A stretch of DNA of 64,000 nucleotides from Cyanidioschyzon merolae (taxonomy: Eukaryota), in assembly GCA_000091205.1 (NCBI GenBank), contig AP006491.2; one strand, written 5' to 3'. Both the position numbers and the translations under genes were made by a program. Below are positions 1 to 11,100 of the stretch, piece by piece (position 1 is the first letter of the stretch; each line of letters starts with the position of its first letter). The notes beneath the pieces are model-generated. The model saw only the letters and a list, made by a program, of their open reading frames with translations, made no database searches and was not told where the DNA came from.

Positions 1-1013
1 GTACCACAATGGGAGAACGTCGAGAACGTTTGCAGAGCGTTTCAGGAAGACGTCCGATACGGACATCGTTCTTGGTAAGCGCTGGCAAGGGCACTGCTTC
101 TCTGCGGTTATAGCAGCAGCTACCCAAGAGAAGAGGGTAGGTAGTTGAACGTTGGCGTTAAACTGCGACTGGTTTTCTGTTTTTATAAAAGCAGCTACTT
201 CCGAGATGAAGGGAACTAGATGAACGTAAGCACCAGATAAAGCGACGACGCCTCTGGCGCAGTCGTAGCGCTTGCTCAGAGATAAACAGGGCTGGACACC
301 ATCACTGGAGCACCAGTCCGTATGCTGTATCTCAACAAGGCGTGCTGTTTCGATTCACAACGAACTGCGGTGTGGTGGCCCGTTTGCGCGAGACGCCTAT
401 CTGTGCACCAGCAAACGCTGCAGCGTAACAGTGCACTTGTCCGGAATACGTCTCCGCGTTGCAAGGCGCTGGTGCGGTGGCGTTGCGCCTCAGTGGAAAC
501 CTTCAGCTCAGTCGTGGTGACTTGACGTTGCCTGAAACTCATAGGCTCAGAGAGAGAGAGAGCGGAACTTGTGGGGAACAACGATCGACTTCATGGTGCT
601 CGGCTGGAGACGGTTTCCCTGCGCAGTTCCTGGTCCCGCAGAGGCCTGTGAGCATCGGCTCCGATAAAGAGCTCGTGGTACGCTCTCGGCTGCTCGCGGC
701 GAACTTCAGATGTATCCATGAGACAGGTCGTTCCTTTGCTCACTAGAAGAGACGAGCAGTTACATAACAAATTCATTTATTCGTACCTGGATAGAGGAAA
801 TGTTCAGACACACACCAGAGCGGCCGAGCAGCAAGCGCGATGACCCCGGCTGGAACAGCGTGGAACTCGTCATGCCTGTTCCAAGCGGTTTCGCAACCCA
901 AAATGCGTTTGCAGTGGCGTCATCTGCTGAATTCGAGTCGAACAGAACGCTTCTATGTTGCGGTCGATCGTCGACATGGCTCGTTCTTTGGCAGGGAATG
1001 TCAAGGAATCTCC

Positions 1014-1014
<1 letters not shown>

Positions 1015-1044
<30 letters not shown>
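1015..1044. repeat. (GCT)n trinucleotide microsatellite, about 10 units
   Basis: Perfect gctgct... run is visible directly. It creates poly-Ser, poly-Leu and poly-Ala tracts in the overlapping six-frame ORFs. Confidence 0.9.
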
Positions 1045-1614
1045 AAGATGTACCCTGCAGACAGCAAAGAAAACGTTGATAACGAACTGTATGCGTTCCG
1101 TGCAGAGAAGACACGCGGCATTGCGTGAGATCTCCGAAGCACGACGATCAACGCCAAACAAAACGGCAGGCGGGCACGGTACCGACGAATCCGACACCCT
1201 CCGCATACACGACGCTGGACAGTGATCCGCATCGGAAACGGCCACGGCACACAGATGACGTGTTCGTGAGCGAGGCATGCTCAGGTGCCCTGTGTGTAAA
1301 AATGGACATTCAATACCTATTCCACCGGAACCATGGCCTACCGCATACTGAAATCCCATATTCAGTGTGTTTTCGGCCCGGAGACCTGTATTGCTGCTCT
1401 GCAGTCGCGAGCAAAGGCGCGTGATACCCAGATGAATCGACGAGCGCATCAACTCGTCAGGGTAATGCTCACGTTGCACTTGCCGGAGCGCGTGTATGTC
1501 CAGAATCCTGGCAACCTCTTGCGTCACGCTGACTCCGCGGTGCTCACGGGTCTGTTGCGCTGCGTCCATCGCAAGTTACGCAACAAAAGACTACGCAAGC
1601 GGATGCACTCCTGC

Positions 1615-2652
1615 TCAGGGGCCTGAAAGTATCCAGATTCGAGCATGCGTGGCGGCTCGTGACTCTCGTAGACGACCAAGATGCCGAAAAACATTCATCA
1701 GCGCTCTGCCCGTAGTATCCTGCTTCAGTGATGCAAAGGACTTGATATCTGTCTCGGAGAAAAAGTAGTGCCCGCGAGTCTCGTCCGTTTCCATGTCCTC
1801 ATAGCGGCAGCGCTGATCAAGCTGCGCAGAAGTGAGCTCATGCTTTGGACGACGCAAAAGCGCATACTTATAACGCAAGATGCTCTCAATATCGCTGATC
1901 GCTCTATGCAGACGCTCTATGGTGACGCGTCCGCGTATGTGCCCCGGAACTTGCTGGAGCGTCTCCTCAGTCACTGGCTCGACGCGTGGAGCGGCGTCAA
2001 CCGCCGGCGCTGCTCGGGGAAACGAGTCTCGCTTCCGTGGAACAGGCGAGACACTGTCGTTTACCCTGCCAGTGGGTGCTCCTTCTGATCCAGGTGGCTG
2101 CTGCGCGCTCGGTGGTGAAGCGTCCTCCGTACCAGCGCAAGTGCGCCCGGCGCGTCGCCGCTGCTGGAGCGCCACCTGCAAACGACGCCACTGCTGCCGC
2201 TGCTCTCGTACTCGGCGACAAAGCTGCTTCATTTGTCCGGCATATCGCAAGTCCTCCTCTAGCGCCTCTTTCAGCCAGTAGAAGTGCGTCTCCGCTGCTT
2301 GGAGCTGCGCCTCGGTGGCGTACAAGTGCTCATCCAACGCTGGCACTGCCTCAGCTGAGCGCATCAGCGCCAACCACTTGAGAGTACGCACCCGCCGGAC
2401 AAGAGTCGCAGCATCGGCACCCAGTTGACTCCCAATACCGAGTAGTCGTTGCTCATCGGGATGACCCTCAACCGGGACCTCTGAGCGTTCCCCGCGAGTC
2501 GACAGCATATGCAAAAGGTCCGACACGCGCCAGGGATTTTGAATGTCGCGGCCGCAATGGACGGTGCTTTGTTCCAATGCCGCACACGTCGATGAAACAG
2601 TCGATGCTCCACGAGCACGCAGGGTATATGAATACCGACGTGCAGACGCCAA
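1615..2652 (-). CDS. SKA1: Spindle and kinetochore-associated protein 1 (SKA1)-like, with C-terminal microtubule-binding winged-helix region
   Basis: The 345-aa ORF has the C-terminal block IRGRVTIERLHRAISDIESILRYKYALLRRPKHELT...ETRGHYFFSETDIKSFASLKQDTTGRALMNVFRHLGRLRE. This aligns by eye to the human SKA1 C-terminus (MKSRLTYNQINDVIKEINKAVISKYKILHQPKK...DTKGRYFIVEADIKEFTTLKADKK...LNILRHCRRLSEVRGG). The N-terminal start is uncertain because the first ATG lies 6 bp from a transposon remnant. Confidence 0.6.
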   Translation of the reverse strand: MASARRYSYTLRARGASTVSSTCAALEQSTVHCGRDIQNPWRVSDLLHMLSTRGERSEVPVEGHPDEQRLLGIGSQLGADAATLVRRVRTLKWLALMRSAEAVPALDEHLYATEAQLQAAETHFYWLKEALEEDLRYAGQMKQLCRRVREQRQQWRRLQVALQQRRRAGRTCAGTEDASPPSAQQPPGSEGAPTGRVNDSVSPVPRKRDSFPRAAPAVDAAPRVEPVTEETLQQVPGHIRGRVTIERLHRAISDIESILRYKYALLRRPKHELTSAQLDQRCRYEDMETDETRGHYFFSETDIKSFASLKQDTTGRALMNVFRHLGRLRESRAATHARIWILSGP

Positions 2653-2657
2653 CCAGT

Positions 2658-2946
2658 CTATGTCGACCGGCCAGCTACTAGTAGCTCCAACTTCTCCTTA
2701 TACGCCTCGAGTATCAGAGGCTGCCCCATAAAGTTGGTTCGCGCCAGCTCCTCGGGTCTCTTCTCCAGCACTGCACATCCCCTGACATTGAAGGCGGCGT
2801 CGAAGTCCCGGTACACAAATACGATACGTTTCTTCCCGTTGTTTGCACTTACGAATGCAAGTAGGCCTCGATTTTGGGCGCTCCATTCCATTTGCTCCTA
2901 CGTCAGCGCTGCGAACTTTTCTACATGCGCAGGGCTCCGCTTGCAC
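2658..2946 (-). pseudogene. Fanzor/TnpB-like RuvC-III-containing C-terminal fragment (decayed copy a)
   Basis: The 77-aa ORF reads NNGKKRIVFVYRDFDAAFNVRGCAVLEKRPEELARTNFMGQPLILEAYKEKLELLVAGRST. It is colinear and clearly homologous with the C-terminus of the 298-aa ORF at 36367..37263 (NGKKRMEFVNRDFNAALNIRTCVVLQTRPPEWTRENFVGQPLKVELYEQKLEAVVGGRS). The D-x-N-A-A-x-N-[IV] motif is the TnpB/Cas12 RuvC-III signature. The DNA at 2870..3000 also aligns with 36760..36900. Confidence 0.6.
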
Positions 2947-3380
2947 TTCTCCGTCTCGACTTTCTGAGGTGTACGCCCCAGCTCATTCCTGATTTTCTTG
3001 AAACTGAATGTATTTGTTCAAGACTTTGGGTGAAGACCTCCCGAGAAAGAGAGAAGGGCTTGCGGAAGAGAGGCGAAATTTGCCCTGGTGTCTCATTGTG
3101 TGCTGAACGAATCAGCGGTTCGCCCAGTGGAGCGATCAGTACGTTTCACGATAGAGAACATTTCCTCGCAGAGGATGCGCCACGATGAGCATGTAGGAAT
3201 GAAAAGCATCTCTACCTCAATAGAATCGGTAAAGGCTCGAACGCAAGTGGAATGGTCAAATGCCAAGTTGTCCAATAGAAGGAACTTCGCCGGACGTCAG
3301 TGACAGGTCTTCAACGATTCGACAAAGCGGGTGGTGCTGTTGTACGGGCCTTCACTACGACCGAAACTAAGGCCGCAAAA

Positions 3381-4160
3381 TCACTCCGCTGCCTCTAGAA
3401 CAGATGATGTCGTTGGTCTCTTGGAGTTTGATTCTACATACATCTTGGTCCCTGCTCCGGGATTACTCATATCCGCTTTGACCGTTTCACCCGAGGCAAG
3501 TCTCATCGACCGAGAAAACAAACCGACGTCGCTGTGCTGTATACGGATCGCCGAGTTCCGGGAACTTTCTTGTAGTTGCGATTTCGATGGAAGATGGCCA
3601 TATGTGAACAAGGACTCTTTTTCCGACTGTATCCCAGTGGTTTCAGGACCACTCGAACCAGCTGCTAAGAAACAGAAACGCCCATGGTGGCTCCTATCAT
3701 CGTTTTGCGCTTTCCCTAAAGTGATCAACGGGTCGTTCTGTACCACTGACTGCAAGCGATCTCGAAGAATATCTGACTTTGGCGCGGGGCGCGTGATCTC
3801 CGTCCTCTCAGTGTCCCTTAGCCATCTGAGAACTGTGGTATGACTGACCTGAATGAGGAATGCAGTCCCTGTTGCACTGGTCAGTAACGCGTACGTATCC
3901 CACAGGCAATTCTTCCACGATCTATGCGGCACATTGCATCGAGATTTCGGTTTCTTTGTACTCACCGCAGCGGGGGTGAAATAATACTGAGTTGAAGGAC
4001 TTTTACGCTTCAAATACCATCTTGGATGGAAATATTCAAGCGTCATGCTGGAGGCTTCCACATCCGCATGGAGTTCGGGCCACGTGCCGTGAGACGCTCC
4101 CGTCTTTGCGGGGCCAGCACGCAAACGATTGCATAGAGCCTGTAGATGAAACCTCGGCAA
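3381..4160 (-). CDS. Hypothetical ORF inside the transposon remnant, possibly the decayed N-terminal part of the Fanzor or another element-encoded protein
   Basis: 259-aa ORF in a lower-GC island directly upstream of, and on the same strand as, the RuvC-III fragment. No confident domain assignment. Confidence 0.2.
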   Translation of the reverse strand: MPRFHLQALCNRLRAGPAKTGASHGTWPELHADVEASSMTLEYFHPRWYLKRKSPSTQYYFTPAAVSTKKPKSRCNVPHRSWKNCLWDTYALLTSATGTAFLIQVSHTTVLRWLRDTERTEITRPAPKSDILRDRLQSVVQNDPLITLGKAQNDDRSHHGRFCFLAAGSSGPETTGIQSEKESLFTYGHLPSKSQLQESSRNSAIRIQHSDVGLFSRSMRLASGETVKADMSNPGAGTKMYVESNSKRPTTSSVLEAAE

Positions 4161-5394
4161 ACGCGTGCAAAACGCTAATAAACCATGACAGTCGCCGCGG
4201 GTGGAAGTGCCTCAGCGTTCCAGCGACCCGCGAGGTGCCGAGTTCCTCGGAAGCGCTCGCCACGGCACCGGACACGTAGCGCCAGACGACGCGCGGCGTC
4301 AGCACCTCTAGGCGTTGCGTTTAGGGCCCTCGGCTCCATGCTGCACGATGCCCGTGCCGCACAGTGCGCTTCCTCGCCTGCTGCTGACGCCAGCGCTGGT
4401 GAAACAATGCCAGACATACCCACTCCGTGCCGTTACGTATTCGGTGCCCGCGGTGTTCACTGGTCAATGCATTCGATCTTCACAACAAAGCGGCTGCTGC
4501 GAATGCCAAAGGAACAGATCCAGCTTTGCACGCGACCCGTTCCGCTTGGTTGCCAATACGAGGAAACCGCTCAGGTCCGTGGCGCTGCACACTGCTAACG
4601 ATGCCTGGATGGTATGGAATGCGGGACGGCAATGCAGCCGCTTCGATAGAGTTTACATGCCCGATGCAGCTCGTACCTCAATTGATTCAGGCGCGGGGAA
4701 CCCAGGCTAGATGAATCCCTAATTGACTTCGGAATGCATCTCATTGTTCTCCAGGGGAGTTCCACGGTGTTCGTAGGAGAACGTATCGCCTCGCTGGCCG
4801 CACAGGAGCAATCCGCGGCGACTCCCCGTGCAGCTGATCCATGCTCGCCATCCAGCCTGCAATGATGGCATAAAGTGTTAGGTACCACGTTGTTTTTGGT
4901 GCGGTCTCGGTGCGAGATCGCGTTTACTCCTCTGAAACCCGGCTGTCTAGCCAACTGCGAACATTCGGCATGATCGTTCACAGGTGCTACCAAAATTCCG
5001 GCATGCGCGACGCATGTACTGTATAGGCAGCTGGCTTTCGGAAATCATCTTGCGTTTTGGAGCAGTAAGCATCGCACTCGGCCTCGGATAGAGACTGGGA
5101 ACGCTGGCATCGATACCGAATGAACAAATGGCAGCGTGCAGTCGAACACGACTGCTTCATACAAAACAGTCGATCGAACCGCACACAGAGCACACACAGA
5201 CGAGTCAAGAACGTATCGACTAGACCAGGGCGCCGGTTCCCATACACGCTGCAAGCACAGCATCGCACCCGCGGCAGACAGCTATTACAGGGTATCTCGC
5301 GCCAATGACCAGGCCACAGACCGGTGTGCAGCGCGGAATTCAGCAAGCCTGGCGGCCTTCTCATGCGTGTGGACAAAGTCGGCGGGGTTTGGAT

Positions 5395-6177
5395 TCACGC
5401 TTGGCGCCCAGCAAGCTGATCCGTGCTCTCCATCTGGACCCAAGCCTTGAAGCGTCGCCGCATCTGTGCCACAAACGCTCCGAAATCATTCGTTCGGTTC
5501 AGCGTTTCCACCATTTGTGCGAGACGTACATTCGCTGCTCCGGCCGTTGGCTTCATTACATCAATGTCAGGAACGCAGTCCTCGACTCGGAATAAATCTG
5601 CGTCCTCATCTACATACACTGTAAAAGCAAACTCGCGATCCGGCGCCCGCGAATCGATGTGTCGGAAAATCACGCGAACCTTGCCGTCAACACGCCCGGC
5701 CTCGGTCGCCGAGGCAGCGCCAACTCTCTGAAACCGCAGCCCCAGTCTATCTCGGTACCAAACAAGCGCCTTCTGGAGATGCAGCAGACGCGTGCGCCGT
5801 GCCTCTTCGCACGCATTCAAGAGCGCTCGACGGCGCTCAAACTCCTGCCGGCGCTCAGCGATCTCCTGCTCGAGTTCCTGCTGCCTCACCGGTAGCGCAG
5901 CGGCCCGTGCCTCGAGTTGCGCTATTCCACGCTCGAGGGCGTCCAGCTCCTCACGCTCTGCCTCTAAACGCTCCTGCAATCGTGCCGCTGCTGCCTCGAA
6001 TTGCGTGCGCCGCTGTACCAATGTCTCCGTTTCCCGTGACACCCGCGCCGTTGTCTCCTGCCAGGTCCGCTGTACCTCTTCCAGATTGCTCAAACGTCCT
6101 CTTGCCCAAACCTCAAACTGTGTCCTAGCGTGATGAAGGTTTTCATCGAGATGTCTCAAGTCTACAGTATCCATCAA
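5395..6177 (-). CDS. SPC25: Kinetochore protein Spc25 (Ndc80 complex subunit), with N-terminal coiled coil and C-terminal RWD domain
   Basis: The C-terminal block is YRDRLGLRFQRV...KVRVIFRHIDSRAPDREFAFTVYVDEDADLFRVEDCVPDIDVM...LNRTNDFGAFVAQMRRRFKAWV. Human SPC25 has LGLEIRKI...[37 protein letters not shown]...VRKTNNFSAFLANVRKAFT. The N-terminal half is Glu/Arg/Leu-rich coiled coil. Confidence 0.7.
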   Translation of the reverse strand: MMDTVDLRHLDENLHHARTQFEVWARGRLSNLEEVQRTWQETTARVSRETETLVQRRTQFEAAAARLQERLEAEREELDALERGIAQLEARAAALPVRQQELEQEIAERRQEFERRRALLNACEEARRTRLLHLQKALVWYRDRLGLRFQRVGAASATEAGRVDGKVRVIFRHIDSRAPDREFAFTVYVDEDADLFRVEDCVPDIDVMKPTAGAANVRLAQMVETLNRTNDFGAFVAQMRRRFKAWVQMESTDQLAGRQA

Positions 6178-6286
6178 CGGACTAAAAGCGTCGATGGCAG
6201 AAGGAGTCGCTCAGACCTGCGGCGCAGTGCTGCTTTGCGCGCCTTTCTGGTGGCGCTGATTTCAAATCGCCACGATGTGCAACGCT

Positions 6287-6287
<1 letters not shown>

Positions 6288-6322
<35 letters not shown>
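6288..6322. repeat. (ACGC)n tetranucleotide microsatellite, about 8 units
   Basis: cgcacgcacgcacgcacgcacgcacgc is visible directly. Confidence 0.9.
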
Positions 6323-6344
6323 GTTTCGCGCTTCTCAACGCCCT

Positions 6345-8036
6345 ATGCCTGGGTGTCAACCTGACGAGGATGCGCAACACATAGTGGCGAAACCTTCCAG
6401 TCCCCGCTTGCTGATGCCTTCTAGACCCCTGAGTGACATCCAGGAAAGCTGGGAGGATCGAGAGAACGCCCCACCGGCTGCAACGTGGACGCCTTTGGCG
6501 AAACATCTGCCGGCAGACGGCACGGCTGCTCCCAGTGACGGTGAGGTGGCCTCCAACACGCTTGTTCGGAAAACCGCGCGCAAGGGTTCGGAATATTCCG
6601 GTGTATCAGGTTGCATCTTCACGACGGCAGGAAGCACCACTAGCGCCGGAGTTTCCGAGTGCGGCGAGTCCACGGAGCGCACGGCTCTCGCTGAAGCGCG
6701 CCCAGTAGCTAGCCTGTCGACGAACGCTGGCGCCGTTCCGGGAACCCCAGCATCGCCTGTTGCCGCGGAGGCGTCGAAACACTCTGAAGTTAACGTTCGA
6801 CCAGACAAAGGAGACGCAGCGGCTTTCGACCAGCTGCTTCAAACAGAAGCACGAACAGCATCGCCGGCCGGCGCGGCGCAGGCGCAGGCGCGGCAACCTA
6901 CACCGCCAGCGAGGCATACAGCGGAAACGAGCGCTACTTCTCAGCTCGCATGGCGAGAGAACGATACGTCGAGAACGAGCCTAATCCGGCCCGACTGGGC
7001 TGCTCCTGATGAGTCGACACTTGACGGACAGCAGTCAGCACGCGATAGTCTACGCGGTGCGCGCACACCAGCGACACGTCGGCTCTCCGGTGGTGTGCGG
7101 ACCACCAAGAGTCGCATGCAGCATCGTCGCTCCAGTACTGCAGCGAATACGCAACTACCAGTACCGAGAATGGTTACCAACGAAGACAAGAGCGAGGCAG
7201 GGGTGCCAGCATCCAGGCAAGGCTCTGGCGCAGAGCCTCGCGCATTGCAGCAGGACACGTCGCCAGCGCAATTGCCTTCATCCGAACGAGCTGCTGGGAC
7301 ACAGGGCGCCCAGCGTTTACCAGCCACTACATTTCCGTGGAATGCAAATGGCACAATACAAGCAGCAGAGGCCACGCGTGCCTTCGAGGAATACCGTGCT
7401 AGCGTCGCAGTCCAGTTAGATGCCGCCGAACGGCTGGTCGAACGTTACAAGAGCGAAAACGAACAGCTGCGACAGCAGCTTGACCATGCAGAAGTGGCGA
7501 AACTGCGCCAACGGGTCGACGATCTCGAGCGCACCCGAACAGACCAACAGCTGCGATATCTCGAACTGCAGAAGCATGCGATTCAGCTAGAAGCTGACCT
7601 CGCGCGAGAACGTCTCGCACTCGAGCGCGAGCGATCACAACTCGCCCAGCTCGAAAACGACGCCGCACCAGCAGCAGCGCTTTTCCAACTATGTTCTGGG
7701 GCGACCCAGGTGAAACCCATACGCGTTCGCTACGAGTCCACGGGTACAACGCCAGAGACCGAAGCCAAACTCCCCGGGAACACACCGTCCACAGCGAATC
7801 GTCCACAGGCCATTTGGCTTAACGGCTACCAAATACTCCTAGAAAATAGCGCCTTGCAACGAAGAGCTCTCTTTCAACTCGTTCTCGATGACTCGGGCGA
7901 TGTCGAATACACGCCCCTGGAACTGATGCTCGGCGACGCCGCCACCGATGCACCAGACTTTCTCCAGGAGACCATCTACTTTCCGCGAAACGAGTTGCCC
8001 CTGTTCTGGCTGCGACTCGTTGGCGTTCTCTTTTAA
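6345..8036 (+). CDS. Hypothetical protein with Ala/Ser/Thr/Pro-rich disordered N-terminus and C-terminal coiled coil
   Basis: 563-aa ORF. The C-terminal segment AVQLDAAERLVERYKSENEQLRQQLDHAEVAKLRQRVDDLERTRTDQQLRYLELQKHAIQLEADLARERLALERERSQLAQLEND is a heptad-rich coiled coil. No family recognised. Its 3' end overlaps the first Met of the next long ORF, so the true boundaries are uncertain. Confidence 0.4.
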   Translation: MPGCQPDEDAQHIVAKPSSPRLLMPSRPLSDIQESWEDRENAPPAATWTPLAKHLPADGTAAPSDGEVASNTLVRKTARKGSEYSGVSGCIFTTAGSTTSAGVSECGESTERTALAEARPVASLSTNAGAVPGTPASPVAAEASKHSEVNVRPDKGDAAAFDQLLQTEARTASPAGAAQAQARQPTPPARHTAETSATSQLAWRENDTSRTSLIRPDWAAPDESTLDGQQSARDSLRGARTPATRRLSGGVRTTKSRMQHRRSSTAANTQLPVPRMVTNEDKSEAGVPASRQGSGAEPRALQQDTSPAQLPSSERAAGTQGAQRLPATTFPWNANGTIQAAEATRAFEEYRASVAVQLDAAERLVERYKSENEQLRQQLDHAEVAKLRQRVDDLERTRTDQQLRYLELQKHAIQLEADLARERLALERERSQLAQLENDAAPAAALFQLCSGATQVKPIRVRYESTGTTPETEAKLPGNTPSTANRPQAIWLNGYQILLENSALQRRALFQLVLDDSGDVEYTPLELMLGDAATDAPDFLQETIYFPRNELPLFWLRLVGVLF

Positions 8037-8142
8037 ACCACGGTTACTCCACTCGTGCCGCTTGACACGTAACGACGACACCTTCTGGACACGACCCCAG
8101 AGACGCAGCTTCCGTCAATGCTCCAACCCGGCAACCTCGACG

Positions 8143-11100
8143 ATGTCGACGTTCAAACAAACCTGCGATGCGTTCTGCTCGGGCGCGACGCGTCCTCAGA
8201 CAAGCGCACAGGGACCACGTCTTGTTCTGGATCAACCTGGTAGCGTCGCGGCTTTCGGTCAGTGTTTGGACGCCATCAGCGTCGCTGGCTTGGCACTGGT
8301 CGTTACGGTGCAACAGGACGGAAGCGTTGCGCTCTGGGTTACTAGTGGACTGCGCTTTTATCGTCAGTTTTTTTGGAGTGCGCGACGTGAACGCATCATC
8401 GATGCGGATTGTCATTCCGTAACGTCTGCTGACGATTTTGATGCTGTGCTCAGTGCACGCTTTCGGAGACCGGACGGGGCGCTGGTTCTAGGGACGCACG
8501 CTGGACACGTGGTTTGTATTGAACACGGGTCGGGGGGCGGGTTGGCGAACCTGTATCGCCGCTGGCAGCTTGTAGGTCGCCTCGACGCTCCGGTGTGGCT
8601 CGTGGGCAGTGTCGCACCAACGCCGACGACACCCGTCGACACAACTGCTGCCAACAATGGCGACGGGGATCAGGGCAGCACGGGTGCCGCTTTGTCGACG
8701 GGAGCACCCGGCGAATCGCATACCCGCCCGTTACCCGCGTCTGTGTCGGTATCTGAAGCGAGGGCGTGCTCGCCTTTGGCAGCGATCAGCACGGGTGTGG
8801 TCGTGGCGTGGACGGAGCACGCGCTCTGGTGGTATGTGCCAGCGCTCCGCCGATGGCATCGTTGCCCACATCCAGAGGATTTCGAAGCGCAGCAGCAGCA
8901 GCAGCGCATACGCGATGCTCCTGCGATCTATCTGGGGGAGGTTAGTGCCTCAGGGTGCTTTTTTGCGTGGACGTTGCGGCATAGTGACGGGTGCTGGATC
9001 GGCGCATGTCCACAGTGGCATGCAGCTACGTTCCACGCTGCATCGGATACCGATACCAACGACAGTGCTGATGACAATGTTGATCAGCGTATGCACAGTG
9101 AAGCTGTCTTCATTCATACCTCAGATCCGCTGTGCAGTCTTGCTTGGAAACCGGCACCGATTCGCGGTGGCGAGGCGCTGCTCGTGGGCGATAGATGCGG
9201 CCGCCTGAGGCTCTTCTCTGCAGCGACAACGGACTGGCGCTCGATAGCCACGGTGAGCGGCATGCCGCTCGCGACGCAGGCGGTCGATACAGCTGCCTGT
9301 TTCGTGCACCAGTACGGCAGCGGAGGCATCGCTGAAGACGAGAATGACGCTGCTCTGGTGGTTCTATCCGAGTGGCATCTCGGGGGCGCTGCAGCCTCCG
9401 GCGATACACGTCCACATGCAAAGCGAGACGCTCAGTCCGCACAGGGCATCATCGTGCATCCATATCGAGCGTCGATTGCGGTGCACTATATTGGGCAATG
9501 GATTCCGGGGATGCCCACGCTCTGGTGCGTCTCGCACCTGAACGATGAACCGGTACCCCGGGTGGTACCGTTCCATCGGGCCTCAGATGGGGCGTCAACG
9601 CCCGTGGCGCCTCCCGAGACGGACGCCAACGTTGCAAGGAACGGCCCGCCGACGCCTGTTCTCGAGTCAGTTGAGGGCGCCGCTGCATCAACAGCAGCAT
9701 GCCTTGCGGTACGTATCGAGGCAGCAGCAGAGTCGTGGCGAGCGCCGGTCAGCGCCGCGTGTGCTCCGGCAAAGGAGCTGCGGAGCCAGCAGCCGCCGGC
9801 GCAACCTGCACAACTGAACTGGATCCTGCAGAGAGGTCAGGTTGTGGAACGTTGGTACCAAAACGGTCGCCCAGGCGATGCCCTGGAGTTCTGGTCGCAC
9901 GTTGTCAGACTGGGCAACGGCGATGTGGGGTCCATCGGCGCGCTCTCCTACGGCTCTCGAGCGCGCACGCTGGTAGCACTTACGAGCACGCAACGACTTG
10001 TGTGCTGGCCGCTACCAGGCTGGCCGGCGCTGCGCTCCGGATACGGTCCCCGAACGCTGCCGACCCTGACCCAGACTAGAGTTTCGCGACCAGGGTGGGT
10101 TCACTGCGCCAACCAGCTTACCGCTTGTGTGCGTTGCGCTCAACGCGTTGAGTTGGCCTTGTTCACGATGACGGAGGCAGGTCTGCTCCAGCTGTACGGC
10201 TGGCTGTCGCCGCCCGAAGTAGACGCTCGTGAAACGCAAGCTCGGATACCGGACGAGGCCACCGCTGCGCCGCTGATGTGTGTGCTATCCGCGTCGACAC
10301 CGCCGGGGGTCCAGGTCGACGACTGTGCCGTTTGGAGTCGTCATCAGCCGCAGATGCTCGATACGCTCGAGGCGGACCAGCCGCAAGAAACAGGCTTGCT
10401 CTGCTGGAGCGCCCTCGACATGGTCTGGTACGTCTCCAGGATCATTGGTGTTCGGGACGCGAATGCAACTTCCGTGGCTCATTCGGTGCCCGCCAGCATC
10501 GATTCGGAAACCGGTGATGCTGCCATTGCGCCATTGGTGCCTTGCGGAAGCGCAACGCCCGTGCAAGCCGCTCCCGCATGCAACCAGCACCAGCCCGAAG
10601 AGGGGCAGGCGACTGCCCGCGCCAGCTCACCGGCCCGCAACTGCCGACATCTTGCCCTGCATTGCTTCGACTTGTCGCCCTGGGTACGATTATGTGTTTC
10701 GGATCCGCCGCCTTGCGCCTTTGCGGTTCGTACAGACAAGGTATTCGTATGGCGGGTGGACGGAGTCCTCGCTGTGTACCGACTCGACACCTCCAGGTCG
10801 GTACTGGAACGGATTACGGCATCGCGCCTGGTGGCGGAAACGCTTCATGAACGCGCACACTGGCACCAAAGTCGCCTGGTGGTTTCCGCTGACGCCCAAG
10901 AGGTCGCCGTCTGGGATGCAGCGTCACGTCGACTGCACCTGTGTTCATTCGACGGTGCGGATATCTACGCATTAACTACTGTGGATGTGTCGGATACGCG
11001 GCCTGATGCGGATATCTCGTTCGCACGCTACCGTAGTTGCGCTTATCTCACGGTGGACCGGTGGCTCTATTATCGCCGGGGTTGCCGCTGGATCTCGTGC

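Larger units (their letters stand above)
2650..4200 (-). mobile_element. Degenerate Fanzor-bearing transposon remnant (copy a); boundaries approximate
   Basis: GC content is lower than in the flanks. It holds the RuvC-III fragment above plus a DNA stretch homologous to copy c. The upstream 259-aa ORF (3381..4160) has no recognisable host-gene homology. Confidence 0.4.

Noticed and set aside
250-300. gcgcagtcgtagcgc, which resembles a tRNA D-arm
   Set aside because: Downstream sequence does not form anticodon or T arms on either strand. Rejected as a chance match.
760-1569. 269-aa (minus) and 141-aa (plus) ORFs spanning the (GCT)n microsatellite
   Set aside because: The open frames are propped up by the trinucleotide repeat (poly-Ser and poly-Leu). 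There is no homology and the two strands are mutually antisense. Left unannotated.
7948-8142. Upstream 65 codons of the 1896-aa ORF as part of the Rav1-like protein
   Set aside because: The segment overlaps the C-terminus of the preceding 563-aa ORF and is Arg/Ser/Cys-rich with no WD40 character. Met66 (MSTFKQT) at 8143 is a more plausible start, though this is unverified.
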